A stretch of 248,000 nt of DNA from Wallemia ichthyophaga EXF-994 (Eukaryota > Fungi > Basidiomycota). The position numbers and the translations under genes were made by a program. The notes below the pieces were generated by a model. It made no database searches and was not told where the DNA came from. It saw only the letters and a list, made by a program, of their open reading frames with translations. This document shows positions 15,846 through 30,702 of the stretch, piece by piece. The DNA lies in NCBI RefSeq assembly GCF_000400465.1, contig NW_008806280.1, positions 20,001 through 268,000 on the forward strand, in the 5' to 3' direction. Every line of letters starts with the position of its first letter. The first letter of the stretch is position 1.

Positions 15846-16050
15846 GTGGATTGGGGGCAACAAGCACCTTGATTAGAAACGACCAACTTTAAATTAAAAT
15901 TAAAAATGGGAGATATAAAGAGGCAGAAGATGGATACAGGGAATCCATTAGAAGGACTCACACCGAGAGCTGTGTCTGCTAAACAAGTGGATGGAGTTAT
16001 GGTGGGTGATATTGACCAGAGAAACACCAATCTTACAATCCGTCCAATAG

Positions 16051-18138
<2,088 letters not shown>

Positions 18139-18267
18139 GAGGGTGTGTGATGAGTGAGGAATAGGATTTGTATATGCAGTTATGCAGCTATACAGCTATA
18201 ATATAATCTATTTATCGTTGTTTTACCAATTTACACTTTATATTTTACCAAACTATCATGTCACCAC

Positions 18268-18996
18268 CTAGAAATCCAAACCCTTGTCGAGATCCTTGCG
18301 AATATGATCGAGCATCCCTGGTGCCATCAGGGGTTTCCCTGTACCATCGTTGAGATACCTGTAGGGCATATCGACTGACTCCTGCGGGGTAAAGACGATA
18401 GTAGGGTCGTCAACGAAATCCATCTTCTCCATAGGAATATTATCCACAACGACGCGCTTGGTAGTACCTAGAGCTGTATCGGTGGACATCTGGCGAGGAC
18501 CAAGGTGTCTACCCGGGAAACCAAATTTGCGAAGTTCCTTGGTACGATCGCGTGGAGGATCGTCACCGAGAATACCACCGAAGAGGAAATGGGAGAAGGT
18601 TTCCAAATCCTGTGGTTGGATGGGCTGCTCAGCTTTAGGGTCGAGAAGACAGACTTTCTCATGAGGGATGCCCTCGCGCGTGATTATATCCATAATGCCC
18701 TCCTTGTAGCACTCCGTGGTTGCCGCTTTGCCTTGGGATGGCGCCAGTGCCTGGTTGAGACTGTCGTAGGATGTCGACGATAGGTTCGTGTATATCACAC
18801 GGGCATTCTCACCCGCATGCGTAGACGCTGCCATATTGCGATACTCTCTTAAACTCCATTCCGGTATCTTGTAGCCTTCTGGCTCTTCTTCTTCGACGTG
18901 CTCAATTACGTAGGTTGGGTACGCGGCTGGCATGGCTGTGGTGGTGGTGGTATGAAGAAGGTGCGGCGAGTTGTTGGCGCTGGCAGCACTCAACAC
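18268..18996 (-). CDS. SFM1: SPOUT-family protein arginine methyltransferase Sfm1-like
   Basis: YVIEH, FLFGGILGDDPPRDRT, LGPRQMSTDTA. Confidence 0.85.
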   Translation of the reverse strand: MLSAASANNSPHLLHTTTTTAMPAAYPTYVIEHVEEEEPEGYKIPEWSLREYRNMAASTHAGENARVIYTNLSSTSYDSLNQALAPSQGKAATTECYKEGIMDIITREGIPHEKVCLLDPKAEQPIQPQDLETFSHFLFGGILGDDPPRDRTKELRKFGFPGRHLGPRQMSTDTALGTTKRVVVDNIPMEKMDFVDDPTIVFTPQESVDMPYRYLNDGTGKPLMAPGMLDHIRKDLDKGLDF

Positions 18997-19077
18997 TCAA
19001 CACTAAGCACTCACCCACTCACCCACTTAAGATTCTTATATTTACTAGGAATATTTAAATATTACTTTGACATGATA

Positions 19078-20745
19078 TCATGCTTGCGAAAATCTGCATA
19101 CTTTACAAACACTACACATTCCCTCTACACGCACTCCCTCCGCACATCTACAGTGCACTGCGTTCCAGCGGCAGCGAAATGCGCGCGGATGAGCTGAGAC
19201 GCGGACAGGGTGAGGTTGAAGATATCCACGTCGGAGGTCTCCTTCCCGACGAGCACTTTGAGCGAGACAAAGGAGGAGCCGAGTGAGTGTGCATTTGAGA
19301 TTCCAGTAGCCGACGAGAAAGAGGAAGAGCACGAGGAATTGCGAGCGAGATCCACACAACTCGCATCATCATCGAGCAGTGTCGTGCTAGCAGCGCCTGG
19401 TGTTATCTGGAAGATGCGCGGGAGGTCCAAGTGCTTGACTAGTGGGTGAGTCTCGATCTGTGCGAGTTTGTGAGTGTGCGCCCGCAAATGATAATCAACT
19501 CACCTCGCGCAACGCTTCACGCAGTATCGGGATCGTCGTAGACGTCGGCGCCGTCTGCAATAGGATTCGCGAGAGGGTGATCAGAGATGGGTATATCAGG
19601 TATCCGATGCATACTGCCATACAGCCCGCTATCACTTGGTCACAGATATGGTGGTGGGGGGGTGGTATGAGCGCGGCTGTGAGCCACATCGCACTTCCGA
19701 ACAGACTAATTAGGCAGCTATATGGATTGTTGATAAAGCTGGACATCTTGGGAGCGTTGTATAGCAGCGTGCCTGTGATGAGCGCTAGTGAGTGGTGGTT
19801 GTGGTAGTACTTGTTGGCAATATATGGTAGTATCGCAGAGAGCAGGATTAGATGAGTGGGGAAGGGAATACCATACTTGTGGTCATATTCATTGTATTCT
19901 CGGTAGTCATCTTCAGTGGAAGATATCAGCGCGTGTTCTACCGACTCCTTAGCAAGATAGGTCACGGCAAAGACTAAATAAATGACTTGCGTAAACAATG
20001 ATAGAGTTTCTAGCCTGCGTATCCCGAACGGCTTCTTGTACGTAGGAGACACCGTCCTGTACCAGTCGAACAGGTTGATGGAGATGAGCGATATGCTGTC
20101 GAATGTAATCAAGTAACCCATTCCAGTGGTCGATAGACTCTCAATTCGTTGTCCTGCAAGCCATAACCAGGCGCCGAGGAGTAATTCAACACCAGTGAAT
20201 GCAAATTTTCTCAAACTAAACGCTCTTCTTTCGAAAGTGGGTGGTGGGGCAGGTTTGCTGTCCTTTGTTTTGGCAAAGTTGGAGGATAACTTGGAAGACA
20301 CAGCGCTGTTCACAGTCACGGTGGGGTCGTTGAAGCTAAAAAAAGCATGAGATAGTGAACGCTTATGGTGGTGCTTGCGTCGATTAGGCTTATCTGAAGA
20401 AGGAGTAGTGTTAAGAGAGGGAGTGAGAATTTGATTGGGTGGAGTGAAATTCAAGCTGTTTGAGCTTGTCTTTGTATTCAACTGTGTGTCTGGGTGCGGA
20501 TCCTCAAGTAAAGTGCCCATTGAGCCGACAGCGCCGACAGAACTGAACATTCTCTTATGTGAAGGCAGTAAGGGTATTATATTCACATCCTCATTCTCTA
20601 CGTCGTCTGTGCTGTTCGCAACGGTTGCGCCATCCAAAGGCTCCCAGATTGAATGCTTCTTGATATGGTTAGAATTAGTAGAGCCAGGCTGCCTTGGAGA
20701 GCCACTGCCAACATTCCCCTTGTACTCCTGCAATGGCGAATTCAT
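19078..20745 (-). CDS. Cation diffusion facilitator (Zn transporter, Zrg17-like)
   Basis: His-rich N-terminus, PFGIRRLETL, TM segments, LSRILLQT. Confidence 0.75.
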
Positions 20746-20824
20746 TTAATCAATTTGACAGTGACGGTACACGGTTCAAGTTGCACACCCAGGATATCGT
20801 AATTGATAAGAAATTAAATTTAAA

Positions 20825-21590
20825 ATGAGCGCATCAGTGTTATCGCAGCAGGCGCGTGATGAGCGTGATTTACGTGTTCCATCCAGCACACCGCCTCCAC
20901 TGCCAGAAGAAGAAGAGCCTCCATTGCCAGACGAGGAGGAGCCCGTGTTGGAACAATCAGAGAGCGCAGGGAGCTCAGAAAATCCCCAGCAATCCCACCA
21001 ACCCCATCCTCAAATCTTACACGGAAAGAACGGCTGGTCAGCCATCTACGAGCCAAATTCATCGCAATACTACTACTACAATCAATCTACGGGCGCAACG
21101 ACCTGGCAAAATCCATTCTCTAATATAAATCCACAACATGACTCAATCAATACAAACAAACGCGAATTCTATCATGAAGAAGATGACGCGATTGATCCCG
21201 AGTTGGCCCATTTGATGCCCTCATCCAGTACTGATCCTGCTGGGTTTGTCCAGGCAAAGTTCAACGCTCGCACCGGTCAGTTCAACAGCAAAAGTTGGCA
21301 GACACCCGAGCACGTCTCCGCAATCAACAAGTCCAGGCGGCAACAAGGTGTGTAGACTATATATCAAATCTACCACCCCTTACCCACCTCACAGCTGCTT
21401 TCTTTGATCTCGATGCTTTCGAGAGGCAGAGAAACGACGACCATATGGCGAAAAAGGCTAAAATTGATGAGTTGGGTAAGGACAGTGTCAAGCCTAAGCT
21501 CTCAAAGGATCAAGTCAAGATGTATAAGGAACAGAAAGCAGCCAAGAGGTACAAAACCAAAACCGACTGGCTTGTGAATGACGATAAGTA
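20825..21590 (+). CDS. WW-domain protein
   Basis: GWSAIYEPNSSQYYYYNQSTGATTWQNP. Confidence 0.7.
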
Positions 21591-21599
21591 GTATAACTA

Positions 21600-22979
21600 G
21601 CTGATTACTTCAATTAGTGGCCAATCTGGTACACCTTGTAGCCTATCAACTCGAGCTGCTTCACATCCACAATCAAATGACCATCTAATACCCATCCCGG
21701 GGGGTTTATTTTTTGGTAAATCGCATTCCAATCGATTTGGGTATAAAATTCATCCCAGTTTGTTAGTAAGAGGATGCAATGTGTATTGATTGCTGCTTCA
21801 TCTATCGACTGACACGGTTCTACTTTTTCACTGGCATCAAACTCATTAATAATTTGCCAAGATGTGACAACGGGGTCGTAGACTGAGAAGTGTATATCGG
21901 GAAGCTGTCTGAGCAGCTCCTTAATAACTCTGATAGAAGGACTAAGTCGGAGATCGCCTGTATCTTTTTTGAAAGCGAGTCTGGCGTGGGTGTGAGGTGC
22001 AAAAAATAAAGAGTGAAAATCTGGACACCCACCCTAACACAGTGATTTTGACAGATTCGATACCCACCACGATTTCTTTGACGCGTTGTATGAATCTGTG
22101 CAACTGATAGTCATTCATCTCAATCACACTGTTCCAGTAGCGAGCTACGTGGTGGAGGTTGAGAGATTCGCAGAGATAGACGAGCATACGCAGGTCCTTC
22201 TCCAAACACGAGCCACCGAAGGCGAGGGAGGGAGAGAGGTACTCGCCTCGAATTCTTCGGTCTGTGGATAGCGAGTGGGTGAGTTGAGATATGTTTGCCC
22301 CGCTAGCATCGCAAATGGCAGTGAAGGAATTGATAGACGATATTCGCTGCGCTAGGAGAGCGTTGCTTGCCAATTTAGACAGCTCCGTTGAGTAGATGGA
22401 CTGAGTGAGAATTTTCTCGCGCGGCACCCAGTTGGCATACAGGCCGATAAGAGTGTCGCGCGCCCGCAGGCCACTCTCGCTCCCATCGCAGCCAACAAGC
22501 ACTCTATCGGGGCAAAGGGCGTCTCGAATGGCACTCCCTTGGCTGAGGAATTCGGGGATGGAGAGGATATCGAAGTGAGTGGGGTGGGCGAGAAGGGCGT
22601 GTGTGATTTGCGTGCACGTGTTTAATGGGAATGTGGACTTTTCGACTATTATTTTGCGCTGAGGGGAGCCGCATGTGTTGTGGAACATATCCAGAGTATC
22701 CGCGAGGAGAGAGGAGTGACTGAAATTGATGCAGAGGATAATGATGTCTGCAGTGTCTAAGCAGCGTGGCGAGGCTGTGAAGTGCACGTTGCTTTCCCTC
22801 AGCAATCCCTCCAAGCCCGGCTCAAAGAACGGTGGATCATGCCGAATCCAGCGATCGACTTTGACCAATTCCTTATCGTAGATGACGACATTTGCGTATT
22901 TCGATAAAACCGATCCAACGACCACACCGACCAATCCACTGCCCACGACAACCACGCTGAGCACATGACCGTTCTTCAT
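21600..22979 (-). CDS. UDP-glucose 6-dehydrogenase
   Basis: GSGLVG, EKST, PEFLSQG, FGGSCLEKD. Confidence 0.85.
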
Positions 22980-22987
22980 AAACAGCC

Positions 22988-23689
22988 ATGGCCGCTATCT
23001 CAGATGATGAGCAGACGGAGAGCGAGCCACCGCCATACGCGGCTGTGACCGCGGCAGCGACGGCGCCGGCGTACACGAGACACAGAAACAGACAGCGGCA
23101 GCCTCAGCCAGCCACCGCCACCAGAAGCAGCACAAACACACCGATTTCACTCACACTCATCTATCAGCTACTCCAGCTAACGTCTCTTCTGCCCGCTCTC
23201 ACGGGCGTCCTCTACCTTCTCATTAGATTCTCGCTGCACACGCTCCCAGCTCCTAATCCTTCGCGCATCGAGTACCTCGCTTCAACCCCATGGGCGGTGC
23301 TTACGGCCGTTTACAGCTTCCAGATTATCAGCAGCATGCTACACAGGTGGAAGCAGTACTACCACCCCATTTCCGTCATTATCCGCCTCCTCTCGATACA
23401 GGCTGCGTCGTTTCCGTGGATCAGAGTCACCCTGTGGCTGTGCTCTACGCCTGAGAAACCCCTGCTGGCGTGGATGGTCGTCGCTATCACCACCGCCGTC
23501 TCCAGCTCCATCGCCCGGTGGTACATCAGCAATCTCAGCAGCACACAGTCTGCGCGTCATATCGATGTTGCTCGGCTGGTTACTAGGACCATTCTCCCCA
23601 TCTCCACGCTCTCCCTTTTCAGCCTCTTCCTGCTTCTTTACGATCTCTACTATACCAGAGTCTCGCTTCAAGTGGCAATGGCGCTTTAG
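22988..23689 (+). CDS. EOS1: Eos1-like N-glycosylation membrane protein
   Basis: IEYLASTPWA, LHRWKQYY, RLLSIQA pattern with TM segments. Confidence 0.7.
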   Translation: MAAISDDEQTESEPPPYAAVTAAATAPAYTRHRNRQRQPQPATATRSSTNTPISLTLIYQLLQLTSLLPALTGVLYLLIRFSLHTLPAPNPSRIEYLASTPWAVLTAVYSFQIISSMLHRWKQYYHPISVIIRLLSIQAASFPWIRVTLWLCSTPEKPLLAWMVVAITTAVSSSIARWYISNLSSTQSARHIDVARLVTRTILPISTLSLFSLFLLLYDLYYTRVSLQVAMAL

Positions 23690-23728
23690 CACTGGCAATG
23701 GCGCTTTAACACACTGGCAATGGCATTT
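23673..23728. repeat. Three-copy 20-22 bp tandem repeat (TGGCAATGGCGCTTT core) across the EOS1 stop codon
   Basis: Read directly from the sequence. Confidence 0.8.
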
Positions 23729-23834
23729 ACTACACGAAAATCCTAATACACTAATCTTTATACTCACCTTTACTTCTCTACTCATACCTTTGCGTTCATA
23801 TGTCGTCTTTTTTTTTCACTCATGCATTCTCTAT

Positions 23835-24873
23835 TTATACATTGCTAAATAAACTACTGCGCACGCTGCCAACGAGATCCTTAAGCACGGCACTGCTCAC
23901 TGTCTTCTTCTTGGGCGACGGTGACGGCGACGGCGACCTCACCAACTCGTCCTCCCTCTTGCGCTGTCTGCTGGATTGTTCGTGAGCAACTCTGACGCCC
24001 TCGGCCATTCTTTCGAGCTGCAACACCACGCGACGCGTCCTCTTCACTATATCTGTCTGCTCCACCAGCTCTTCTTGGTTGAGGGATACCCCATCGCGCA
24101 CGACAAACGTTTCGTCTGCCGGGTGGCCAGAGAAGACTATGTCGAGTATGCGAGTCATCACATACACAGTATCGGCGTGGCTGCCATCCCACCCGGCTAT
24201 CTCTGCGCGCAAGAGGAGCACATCGGGCTCAAAGTCGAAGCGTTCGTCGTCGAGCCACTCAATCAGTGTGGTGGGGAGGGGGATGCTTGTGTGGGTCAGG
24301 GTGGTTCTCCAGATGTTAAAAGCGAATAGCTCTTACCTCTCTTTCACGTTCGCATTCAATTTCACACCCACACTCTCCTTGAGCAGAGGTAGTGTGCGTG
24401 TCTCCGTCGGCGCCTCATCGCCATCCGCACCCGCACACAGCATCTGCACCGCCTCGTTCGTTGCCCGTATCGCCTCGTTGAGTATCGCGATCGACGAGTC
24501 CACCAAGGCGATCGCTATGTGGTGCGCATAGGGCATGTGATGGATGGCAAGTACACTAGCCAACGCGACTGGCGAGAACACCGCCGATACACGCCTAGGT
24601 GTGGTTGTTTGGTAGTGTCGCACCCCCACATCCACACTCTCCAAGAGAGTGTGCAGTTGGGAATCGAACGAGTGCGGGGCGATCTGGAGGTATTTCAAAT
24701 GTAGTGCGGGTGTGTTCAAATTCGAGCTCAAGCACTGCAAAAACCAAGTGAGCTATGGTTTCACTCATCATGGTAGCTTCACTCACCTCGACAGCCTCGC
24801 TCTCACACCACGATAGCACCACGATAGTGGGTATAAAGGTGCCGTACGCTAAACGCCCCGCTACACGCTCCAT
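23835..24873 (-). CDS. Hypothetical protein (multi-exon)
   Basis: Chain of minus-strand ORFs separated by short GT-AG gaps. Confidence 0.45.
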
Positions 24874-25038
24874 CCTCCTTTTATCATTATTGAGTGTTCG
24901 CGCTCTCTCTTTTTCCGACTGCTGTCTCGCCAGCTCGCGCGAGCATTCAAAGAAAACAATAGCGGTAGAGGCGGGTGGCTGGAGTGCGAGTGCGAGTGTG
25001 AGTGTGAGTGTGGTTGTGAGTGTTAATCACCCCTTCAA

Positions 25039-27558
25039 TCAGCTACTACCCACCTTCTCGCTATTCGCATACAACGAAAGCTGCGAGTTGGCTTGATTAA
25101 AGTCGCCAACATCTGCACCGAAACGCGTGCGCAGCCATGAGCTGGAGGAGGAAGAGTCGTCGTGGGTGTACAGCCCCACATCCACACTCGCAAAGTGTTT
25201 CAGGAGTGGGTTGCTGTGTATAAACCCAGCCACGACAGTCAACGCACCACCTCGATTCCACAACTCGCTTCTCTGCTGTACGTGCTGAAGAAGGGAACTC
25301 TCTGTCAGAGTTATCGACAAGATAAATAAGCCGCTCACCTGCTGCAACGTGTGCTCCATCTCTGAATCGCTCAGTCTGAGTCTGAGTTGATGGAGAGGTG
25401 AATGGTGAAAAGCCACCTCTTCATCCTCGTGATCGAAAAGCTCCTCTGCATCTTGTTTGTCTTCCTCATCCTCTTCATCCGGCAGGGTGAAAGCCGGGGT
25501 CGTGCCACCCCTCCCAAAGGAAAGACCCTCGACAGCCATTCTAAACTGCTTGAGACGCTCCTGGTCAACATCGCGCGCAATGACGCGTGCCACTGCAGCC
25601 GTCTTCCACAGACGCAGACAACGCAAAATCAGCCTGCGTCGCCTGTACATGGCTGCTACCTCTCGCAGCACGCACGACCGCACAGCCGCAGCCACCGTCT
25701 CGTCGAGAATGCGGTCGGTGAGTTTTGTGCATGTCGTGTGAGTGAGCTCGAGCCGTTCTCGTTCTCTACCTCGCTCTTCCTCCCTCGTTTTCTTGCGCTC
25801 CTCTTCTTCAGCTCGCAAACGCCCTTGTAGCTTGCGGTTTTCTGATAAACGCCTCCGCGATTGTGCTGCACGTGCTAATTGAGCTGCTTCCGTCGCTTCT
25901 GCCGCTTCTGCTGCTTTTTGTTTCTTCTGCCTCTCCCGCTCCTCTTGCTGCTGCTGGCGGTGTTTCTCGTCGAGGTCATTATCAGGTTGAACATCAGGTT
26001 GGGCACCTTGTCCTTGTCCCTGTGTGCTGGGTGGGGTGAATGCATTAGCAAACGCACCTGCAGTTTCAGTACCAGTGCCAGTGCCACTCCAGCTGAACGC
26101 GTTGGAAGACGGAGCGCCCTGTGTGTGCTGCGTAGTCTGTCTAGGTTGGAAGGAGAAGGCTGTTGCGATGGGTTTGGGAGGAGGGGGCATGAGGGAGGTC
26201 GGAGAGCTGTTAGAGTGATTGTGACTGCTAGTGCCCGTATCAGTACCCGCACTAGTTCCATAACCATAGCCTCCACCGCCACTGTCAATATTCGCATTTG
26301 TTTTGGTCGATGGCATTGTGAAAACTGGCGCAGATGGTCTAAGCGAGGACAAAGACGCTGGTTGGCTCTTTGGGATATCACCAGCCACAACATCGACACC
26401 GATATCAAAATCAATGGCTAGAGGGGTATCTATAACATCCCGCGCACTGAGCCTGCCTCTCTTGGCAGATACGAGACGAGACTTGCAGTGAGGGATAGTC
26501 GGACCCGAGTCGTTGACCTGCGACTGTTTGTTTACTCTAACGGCTGTGGGCGGGGCTTCGTCATTTCCATTATCATTATCTTTCTCATTCTCGCCGCCCC
26601 TCTCCACATCCAGCCCGAGGTTCTCCGCCTCGCGCGCGACATGCAAACCGTCGTCGCATCCGAGCACACTGACGAGGTCAGCGACGGGATAAGCGCGGTA
26701 TTTGCTCGGGTAAGCGACGCGCATAGCCTTGAGGGCGCCTCTGCGCACGCTGCTGAAGGAGGGTTCGAGAAGGCACGCCATAAGGAAAGGGGTGCTACTC
26801 GAGCGGATAAGTTTGAAGAAGCGCGAGTATCCATTAGGGCTAGACACCGTATTATGGGGGCGTCCTCGTACGTCAGCCTCGTTCGAGCGGCGGGCGAGAG
26901 CGTGAAATTTGAGTGCGAGTTGAATGGGCTGCGAGAGGTAGAGTGAGGTGGGGAGGCGTTCTGCAGCAGCAGCAGTGCTAGAGTCGCGCAGATGAATGAG
27001 GAGGTGGTAGGCTCTGAACTCTGCTTCGTTCGGGAGTGTTTCGCCCGTGCTGGCCCGCCAGTCGTCGTAGAACTCCGTCAAGCTCAGCAACACCTTGCTC
27101 AGCTGCTCCAGCTCCTGCTGGTCAGACCACCCAGTGCGCTCGCATAGCTCGTGCAGGCAGAGGATGTGGTAGCGGGCTATGCGCTCGTGGCACTCGACGG
27201 CAACGCGGTCGCGGATGTGCTGCAGAGTGAAATCCTGTCGTATAGAGCGCGTCCTGTCGCGAAGGAAGTGGTGGCTGTCGTGCAGGTCTGCGTCTTCTGC
27301 GAGGATCGTGTGGAAGAGATAGTCGAGTGTTTGCTTGAGCACCGGCGCTGGGCGTACATCTGACGGCAGGCTGGCTTCGTCGCCGGCAGCTGGCCTGTGG
27401 AATGTCTTCACGGTGCGCGCGGGATTCGCCTGGCGCGGGTGCTCTGCGTATACCTCCCACTTATCCAGATTGAGCTGGTACTCGCGCTCGACGCGTTCAA
27501 ACAGTGGACACATGGTGGTACACGTTCCTCGCAGCGTTATCGCATCGCTCAGACTCAT
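25039..27558 (-). CDS. SAC3: SAC3/GANP-family mRNA export factor
   Basis: GTCTTMCP, HFLRDRTRSIRQDF, HERIARYH. Confidence 0.85.
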   Translation of the reverse strand: MSLSDAITLRGTCTTMCPLFERVEREYQLNLDKWEVYAEHPRQANPARTVKTFHRPAAGDEASLPSDVRPAPVLKQTLDYLFHTILAEDADLHDSHHFLRDRTRSIRQDFTLQHIRDRVAVECHERIARYHILCLHELCERTGWSDQQELEQLSKVLLSLTEFYDDWRASTGETLPNEAEFRAYHLLIHLRDSSTAAAAERLPTSLYLSQPIQLALKFHALARRSNEADVRGRPHNTVSSPNGYSRFFKLIRSSSTPFLMACLLEPSFSSVRRGALKAMRVAYPSKYRAYPVADLVSVLGCDDGLHVAREAENLGLDVERGGENEKDNDNGNDEAPPTAVRVNKQSQVNDSGPTIPHCKSRLVSAKRGRLSARDVIDTPLAIDFDIGVDVVAGDIPKSQPASLSSLRPSAPVFTMPSTKTNANIDSGGGGYGYGTSAGTDTGTSSHNHSNSSPTSLMPPPPKPIATAFSFQPRQTTQHTQGAPSSNAFSWSGTGTGTETAGAFANAFTPPSTQGQGQGAQPDVQPDNDLDEKHRQQQQEERERQKKQKAAEAAEATEAAQLARAAQSRRRLSENRKLQGRLRAEEEERKKTREEERGRERERLELTHTTCTKLTDRILDETVAAAVRSCVLREVAAMYRRRRLILRCLRLWKTAAVARVIARDVDQERLKQFRMAVEGLSFGRGGTTPAFTLPDEEDEEDKQDAEELFDHEDEEVAFHHSPLHQLRLRLSDSEMEHTLQQVSGLFILSITLTESSLLQHVQQRSELWNRGGALTVVAGFIHSNPLLKHFASVDVGLYTHDDSSSSSSWLRTRFGADVGDFNQANSQLSLYANSEKVGSS

Positions 27559-27880
27559 TCCCCCTTGGCTCGGATCGGGGATTTGGCCATCTCTAATGGC
27601 TTCGAGTCGCTCGACTTCTCGGTGCGCGCGCAGCTGGGTAAGCGGGTCAGACGGGATTCGAACGCAGAGCCCTGCACACCTGCTGGTATTGCGTCTTGTC
27701 GGCGGTGAATCTGCTGCCTCTGTCGGTGGTGAGATGACCGTCAGCCATTAAGATAACATCAACGACGTAAAAACCTCTTTATTGGCTCAAATACAAATAC
27801 ACTGAATCTTGGGCTGTAGTATAAGCAAGCGAGTATTCTAACTGGGAGAAGTACCTGTGATAGGTCGGGAGTGAGAATTT

Positions 27881-28381
27881 TCACCTTTTGTGACGACACA
27901 CACTAACCTTGGTTATCGTGTATGCTGCTATGGCTTCAGAGATGTGTGCTGTGTATCTGCCACTGCCGTCCCACTTGTTCTCCTCATCTTGCCAGAGATT
28001 GTAGCGCTGTCTGAATCTGTCGAGACGACGCTCACCCTCCTCGCAAGCAGCACGAGTCCAGCTTCTTATGTCATTGGTGTTATCGCAGCTATCTGCTCCC
28101 CACAACCACTCTAGACTACGCTCGCCTACGCCGAACCAGTGCAACCCCCCAAAGATAGCAATCACGGGAAAAATAGCTGTCAGCTCGTGGAGAATGGCGA
28201 ATGAGGCGCTGAGGCTGATTGGGTCTGTGCCTGTGCGTTGACTGAGGTGTTGCAGGCGTTGAGTGTAGGTGTGAGTGCTCTTGTGGCGTACTTGGTTTGA
28301 TTTCGGTACTCTGGGTGCTCTAAGTACTCGAGATAGTCCAGATACTCCAAATCCCCGGAATCCAGTCCAAATCAGCATCAC
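27881..28381 (-). CDS. FLILHELTA-family mitochondrial protein (Mrx11-like)
   Basis: FAILHELTAIFP motif. Confidence 0.7.
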   Translation of the reverse strand: MMLIWTGFRGFGVSGLSRVLRAPRVPKSNQVRHKSTHTYTQRLQHLSQRTGTDPISLSASFAILHELTAIFPVIAIFGGLHWFGVGERSLEWLWGADSCDNTNDIRSWTRAACEEGERRLDRFRQRYNLWQDEENKWDGSGRYTAHISEAIAAYTITKVSVCRHKR

Positions 28382-28607
28382 TAACGCCGTGAAAGAGAGA
28401 GGGAGGAGAGGTAAGGAATTGAATGATCTAATATCCCAAGCATCTTTTATATACGCTCCATATTTTATATTCGATTAAATTAGAAAAATTTCGCCTTCAA
28501 ATTTAATAGTCTTCCTAACTTCCCTCTTAGCGACCGACGACTCAAATCACGAGTGAGGGAGGGTTTAAATAGCGTTGGGCGTTACTCACACTGCACTCAC
28601 AGCCAGG

Positions 28608-29129
28608 ATGTCTTCTGCAGCCCACGCCAACCCAGCATTCTCCAAGAAGAACAAAGGTTCCGAAGGTATCAACTCAAAGCTTCAGCTCGTTGTCAAGTCG
28701 GGCAAGTACACGCTCGGCTACAAGTCTGCATTGAAGCAATTGAGATCTGGCAAGGGTGAGTTTTGATTATTATAAGAATACTCAGTCGATTATCTGGCAT
28801 CGCACAGCGTGACTCAAGGTCGCTGCTAGAACTGGAGCCTCTGTTAATCACATTTGGCTGAGAAGGTTCTCTCTTACTCCCCACTAACACTCTCTCTCAG
28901 CCAAGCTCGTCCTCATCGCAGGCAACTGCCCACCTTTGCGCAAGTCTGAGCTCGAGTACTTTGCCATGCTTTCAAAGACAGCTGTTCACCACTACTCGGG
29001 CTCAAACGTCGCCCTCGGTACCGCTGCTGGTAAGCTTTTCCGCGTCGGTGTCCTCACCATCCAAGACCAAGGTGACTCTGACATTGTGAGTTGAAAATTT
29101 TACCCCTTTCTATGTCTTACACACCAACA
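28608..29129 (+). CDS. RPL30: 60S ribosomal protein eL30
   Basis: [14 protein letters not shown]; [12 protein letters not shown]; GTAAGK. Confidence 0.95.
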
Positions 29130-29280
29130 GCTCTCATCATTCGAATAAGTTTGTTGATTGATTTGTAACTGGAGTCATTTATTGGATTGAGTCGAATACG
29201 AAGAGGTGTGTTTTGAGTGTTTATACTCCCGAGTGCCATGTCTTTTAGCTATAATGTCGAATAAATAAATACAAGTGCTT

Positions 29281-30211
29281 CTAAGAAAACTTCCATCTGT
29301 TGTTACACACCGTGCACGTAACAAACGTAGTCATTGGCTCATCCGCCGATCGCGTCTGCATTTGATAGTAGGTACACTTCCTCTGCTTGCATCTACCGCA
29401 TTTGAATGAATCTGTCTCAGCTTGCTGTGGACCAGCGCCTCTAGCCTTGAATAAGTTATTCAACTCCAAAGCTCTATCCTGCTGTTTACGCTCCTCGGAA
29501 GCCATATCGCCTGAGGACATTCTACAGAAGATATCTGCAGGAGTATCACCGGAAATAACTGCAGCTCTAAGGGTAGGATTCTTCTTGTCTTTGAGGTTGA
29601 GCATCAGTGAGCGAATCTTTTTTTTATAGTCTTCTGCAGTGGAACCATTGTTATCATCGAGGACAGTGACTTCAATTGCGAGAGCTCTGTCCATAATAAG
29701 CTCAGAAGGTGCAGACGAGTCGAACACCATAGCATTGTAAAGCAAAGAGAGACAGGTATCGCGTGTTTTGTCGTTAAGTTTCTCGAAATCGACGTTATCA
29801 GTTTTACCTGAGCGTGGTTTGTCGTTTGTGGTGGTATTGGCTGTGGGACTAGACTCAGAAACTTCCTTGGGCTTCTTGGTAACATCATTCTTCCATTTCT
29901 TAACAATTTCCTTGGCTAAGTCGCTAATCTGCCTATTTTCATGGGAGCGCAGCTTACCCACAGCCAAACCAACTTTAGTTTCCTGGGATTGGATATAATG
30001 AGAACAAGGCGATTGAATACATCAAAACACACCCTTATGATATCCTCTGTAGCCGTTAATTCCTCTTTCAACGCCTTGAGTATCTCTATCATCACCTGCA
30101 ATTCCATTAGAGGGTACAACAACAACAACGGCCAATACACACGTCACTCTTCCCAGACGCCTGAGAAGCCTGCAATTCAGTTCTCAGCTTGTTCACCGTT
30201 TTCACGTCCAT
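29281..30211 (-). CDS. DST1: Transcription elongation factor TFIIS
   Basis: CGRC..QMQTRSADEPMTTFVTC zinc ribbon. Confidence 0.95.
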
Positions 30212-30263
30212 TTTCGTGGTGGTGGAAGTCAACGACTCCTCTCTACCTTCACCAAGAAGCCCA

Positions 30264-30669
30264 ATGAGATTAGAAAAATTAGCAAAATTATCTTTCAGGT
30301 TTCCAACCAACGTACAGCCATTAGAGAGGCGTTTCCAATCAGGTCTTCTTGACGGCCGTAATCGTCAAAGTGGTTATAACGTTTCATTTTCAGAGGTGTG
30401 TTTGGGTTTATAAAGGGTTTAGCACCTCTAATACACCCTAGCGACACACCAGAAGAAGCTGGTATCCAAATATTCAAAATAAGCGTCTATTCTCAGATAC
30501 TCTACAGGACTTTGTGAAGATGAAAGTATCTACAAAGGCCTTACGTAGTATTGATAGATTTGGTGGTTTAGACAATTACCTCCTCAAAACAAGCGATGAC
30601 AAACTCGGTTTATATGGTAGAGCATTGCGGAGGTCTATCCTCGACAAGCAGCTTGTTGGAAAACAATAA
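30264..30669 (+). CDS. MRPL24: Mitochondrial ribosomal protein bL28
   Basis: RRFQSGLLDG, MKVSTKALRSIDRFGGLDNYLL across exons. Confidence 0.75.
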
Positions 30670-30702
30670 AAATTATGCATAAAATCATTTCATCTACTTT
30701 AT

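Noticed and set aside
27640-27700. tRNA-like GGGATTCGAAC motif
   Set aside because: On the minus strand the T-arm stem (CTGCG/CCCGT) does not pair and no cloverleaf can be built.
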